This document shows positions 61,193 to 64,000 of a stretch of 64,000 nucleotides of DNA, piece after piece. The stretch lies in NCBI GenBank assembly GCA_963774265.1, contig CAVZDU010000005.1:448001-512000 (forward strand), read 5' to 3'. Positions within the stretch are counted from its first letter, which is position 1. Every line of letters begins with the position of its first letter. Under the pieces are notes generated by a model. It was given only the letters and a program-made list of their open reading frames with translations, was not told where the DNA came from and did not search any database. The position numbers and the translations under genes are program-made. Origin of the DNA: an uncultured Chloroflexia bacterium. GTDB taxonomy: Bacteria; Chloroflexota; Anaerolineae; CG2-30-64-16.

Positions 61193-62353
61193 ATGACGAA
61201 CACCCTCCGGCCACTCGGCATCGCTATGATCGGCTACGGCGGAATCGGGCGGGTTCACGCCATGGGCTACCGCGACCTCGGCTTCCACTATGGCTTGCCG
61301 GCCGATGCGGTGCGACTGGTCGGCGTCGCGACGACAAGGGCCGAAACGGCTGAGAAGGCGGCGCGCGAGATCGGTTGCCCGATCTGGACGGCCGATTACC
61401 GGGATCTGCTGGCACGTGACGATGTACAGGTCGTCGACGTGTCTGTGCCCAACGACCGGCACGAGGAGATCGTGCTGGCCGCGGCTGCAGCAGGTAAGCA
61501 CATCTACTGCGAGAAGCCACTCGCGCTGGATGCGGCCCAGGCGGAACGCATGGCGCACGCGGTCGAGGAGGCCGGTGTCAAGGCACAGGTGACCTTCAAC
61601 TTCCGATTCGTTCCCGCTGTGTTGAGGGCCCGCCAGCTTCTCGACGAAGGCCTGGTCGGTCGCGTCTTTTCCTTTCGGACCTGGTATTTTCGTTCCAGTT
61701 ACATCTCGCCACAGCGGCCGCTCACCTGGCGCTTCAGCCGGGAAGTGTCGGGCGGCGGCGCGCTCTTTGACCTGGGCTCGCACCTGCTGGACCTGATCAG
61801 GTTCCTGTTGGGGGATGTGGCCCAGGTACGCGCCATGCTGGAGACGCGCATCCTCGAGCGCCCGGTAGCCGGCGATCCATCCAGGATGGGCAAGGTAGAG
61901 GTCGATGACCTGGCCTTTCTGCACATGCGGCTGGCCGACGGTACGCCCGGCGCCGCCGAGACTTCGCGGCTGGCCACCGGCGCCACGAACGACTTCGAGC
62001 TCGAGATTTTCGGCGAGTCGGGCGCCGTTCGTCTCAACCTCACCGACCCGAACTGGCTGCACATTTACGATACACGCGCGGCGGACAAGCCGGTGGGCGG
62101 GCGCCGCGGCTACACCCGGGTGGAAACCATTCAACGTTTCGACGGCGCGCTTGCACCGGATTGGACCCAACCGATGAGCTTCGTGCGCTCACACGCAGAA
62201 TGCCAGTACCAGTTTTTGAAGGCCATCTGGGAAGATCGTGCACCCGAGCCCGATTTCTGGGACGGCGTGGCCGTCCAGGCCATGCTGGACGCGGCGCAAG
62301 CCTCCGCCCGCGAGAACCGATGGGCGGACGTTGAACGGATTGAACGGACATAA
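61193..62353 (+). CDS. Gfo/Idh/MocA-family oxidoreductase
   Basis: MIGYGGIG, HIYCEKP, FNFRF.PA, GGGAL.DLGSH. Confidence 0.9.
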   Translation: MTNTLRPLGIAMIGYGGIGRVHAMGYRDLGFHYGLPADAVRLVGVATTRAETAEKAAREIGCPIWTADYRDLLARDDVQVVDVSVPNDRHEEIVLAAAAAGKHIYCEKPLALDAAQAERMAHAVEEAGVKAQVTFNFRFVPAVLRARQLLDEGLVGRVFSFRTWYFRSSYISPQRPLTWRFSREVSGGGALFDLGSHLLDLIRFLLGDVAQVRAMLETRILERPVAGDPSRMGKVEVDDLAFLHMRLADGTPGAAETSRLATGATNDFELEIFGESGAVRLNLTDPNWLHIYDTRAADKPVGGRRGYTRVETIQRFDGALAPDWTQPMSFVRSHAECQYQFLKAIWEDRAPEPDFWDGVAVQAMLDAAQASARENRWADVERIERT

Positions 62354-62373
62354 CCCCGATGATCACAACAGCC

Positions 62374-62398
62374 GGGCGACCGCAGGGGTCGCCCTTAC
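62374..62398 (-). repeat. GTAG-type REP-like palindrome
   Basis: Minus strand: gtaa-gggcgacc-cctgc-ggtcgccc. Confidence 0.55.
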
Positions 62399-62406
62399 CC
62401 CTCCAA

Positions 62407-62634
62407 ATGCACGTCCCGGTGTTCGCCGGCTATGGTGAGTTGGCCTACGAGGACCGCCTCGTGCCACATCCCCAGGCGGCCGACGACGCGCTGGTCGGAA
62501 CCTTCCATCCCGGTGTTTTGATCACGCATCGTCTGCCGCTCTCGGCCCTGGCGGAGGGCGTAAGCCTGATGCGGTCGGGACAGGCCATGAAGGTCGCCAT
62601 TCAGATGGCCGAGCATGGACCCAGTCTATCGTGA
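62407..62634 (+). pseudogene. Internally deleted Zn-dependent (MDR) dehydrogenase
   Basis: N-terminal VFAG.GELAYEDR.VP.P..DD.LV joined directly to C-terminal LITHRLPL..G..MRSG.AMKV. Confidence 0.65.
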
Positions 62635-62666
62635 TATGCCGGCAGATTGGGTAAGAGAGCTTATGC

Positions 62667-62831
62667 GTGCCGCGGATTCTGTGTTGCGCCGCGCTGGTGC
62701 TCTCGCTTGAGGCCGTGCGCCGGGCAAGCGCCATCATCACCGCCTCACTGTTGGTGGTCGGCGGCGCCACCTGGCTCATCCTGATGACGCATCCGGTGAC
62801 CTACCCGGAAGAGTCGCTGTTGATCGGTTGA
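62667..62831 (+). CDS. Possible 54-aa hydrophobic peptide or membrane-protein fragment
   Basis: GTG..TGA open frame with a hydrophobic segment IITASLLVVGGATWLILM; weak RBS. Confidence 0.25.
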   Translation: MPRILCCAALVLSLEAVRRASAIITASLLVVGGATWLILMTHPVTYPEESLLIG

Positions 62832-62853
62832 AGAAATACCGGACACAACATGC

Positions 62854-63970
62854 CTATCCCTCCCAGCTACGCACCCCCTCGTTGACGAACTGCGTCAGCT
62901 CGCCGACGCTCAGCCGGTCGATGCCCAGCTTGTCCAGCGTACGGCCGCGGCGCCAGTAGTCGGTGCGGTGGATGATGCACGCCAGGCGGATGATCGCATC
63001 CATGCCGCGCACCGAGACGCCGATAGTGCTGGCCCAGCGCCGCAATGGGCACCAGGCTCATCGGAATGTCCTCGAAGATGTAACGATGGTTCAGCGTGCT
63101 GGGCGCCTTGATGCCATAGTAGCCGGGCTGGTTGTGGATGGCCTCGTTGAGGTCTTCGCCTTCGGCGTCGTAGGCCATCTTGAGCCACTCCTGGGCCGTC
63201 TGCGCGCGGATGCCCAGCGAGGCAGCCACGGTCACCCGCTCGCGATCCAGCACCTCCAGCACCCGCGCCACCGACGGCGTCACCCCCTCGATGTAGAACT
63301 CGTAGTCGCCGTGGGTGGACTCGATGCGGCCCGCGTTGAGCAGGGTCAGCGCCGGATGGAAGATCGCGCCCATGTTGTCGAGCCCGGTGCGCAGCACGTT
63401 GATCCCGTCGATGAACTGCGGATAGGCCGGCGCCAGGGCTTCCAGGACTTGCGCCGTGCGCGTGGCCGGCAGCGCGGCCAGCGGCACGGCCTCCTTGATG
63501 CGGAAGATGCGCGCCTGGGCCGGGCCATCGGAACGGCTGGCATAGATGAAGGTGCCGGCCTCGGCGACGGTGACATCGGCCTGGCAGCCCTGGTCGCAGA
63601 GCACCTTGTCGAACTCGATGGCGCCCAGGGTGCGGCCAGGATGCAGCACGACGATCTGCCCGTCGCGCAGGTGCGGCGCCGCGGTCTTGGCGATCTCGGC
63701 GTGGGCCGAAGAAGGCACGACGACATGCACCACGTCGGCCTCCGCCAGCGCTTCGCCCATGTCTGACGTGACGGCCGCCAGCCGGCCGAAGCCGTGCGGG
63801 CCGCCGTCGTAGCTCTCCAGGTCGATCCCGCGGCGAGCCTTGATGGCCGCCACGCGCTCGGGGGTGCGGTTGAACAGGGTCACGCGGAATCCCATCAGCG
63901 CCAGGTGGGCGGCCATCGCCTTGCCGCCGTGCCCCGCGCCGATGACGGTGTAGTTTGGAGTCGTGCTCAT
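62854..63970 (-). CDS. NAD/NADP octopine/nopaline dehydrogenase family protein, frameshift near 63025
   Basis: GAGHGG, PGRT.GA, N.GAIFHP, FY.EG.T, RYIFEDIP, GRTL.KLG. Confidence 0.88.
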
Positions 63971-64000
63971 TGACTGCCTCCTCATGGAATAGAGTGGATC

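Overview
GC-rich bacterial chromosomal window, most likely Chloroflexota (inferred from a YLPLV-type motif, an Ala/Pro-linker lipoprotein and a sugar-binding/GAF/kinase/AraC hybrid regulator). Many genes are split by single-base indels, which cluster in GC-rich stretches and most likely reflect long-read assembly errors. Contents in order: 3' end of an MtaA/UroD-family gene; a 1431-aa secreted multidomain protein (C39-like protease, Ca-binding repeats, vWA); an unannotated 49-aa Cys/Trp gene with an IS110 element inserted in its Shine-Dalgarno site; a type II P-type ATPase; a liv ABC operon; an amtB-glnK-gltBD nitrogen cluster; a ~24-kb co-directional alpha-galactoside/alpha-glucoside/Leloir/fructose-PTS/FBPase cluster with an atypical two-component regulator; a PadR-regulated ABC exporter; several housekeeping genes; an unknown-sugar operon (ROK, two Gfo/Idh/MocA, divergent Rpe); and an opine dehydrogenase. 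Best leads: (1) the IS110, whose left-end non-coding region carries bridge-RNA-like guides matching an SD-like target and whose right end rebuilds the SD; (2) tandem CAACGATG-plus-terminator units (ANTAR-like) ahead of gltB; (3) a receiver-less kinase-AraC fusion paired with an Asp-to-Glu receiver; (4) the CLCA-like vWA protein carrying a cysteine protease; (5) an in-frame TAG in FBPase III. All family calls are by motif recognition; no database searches were run.
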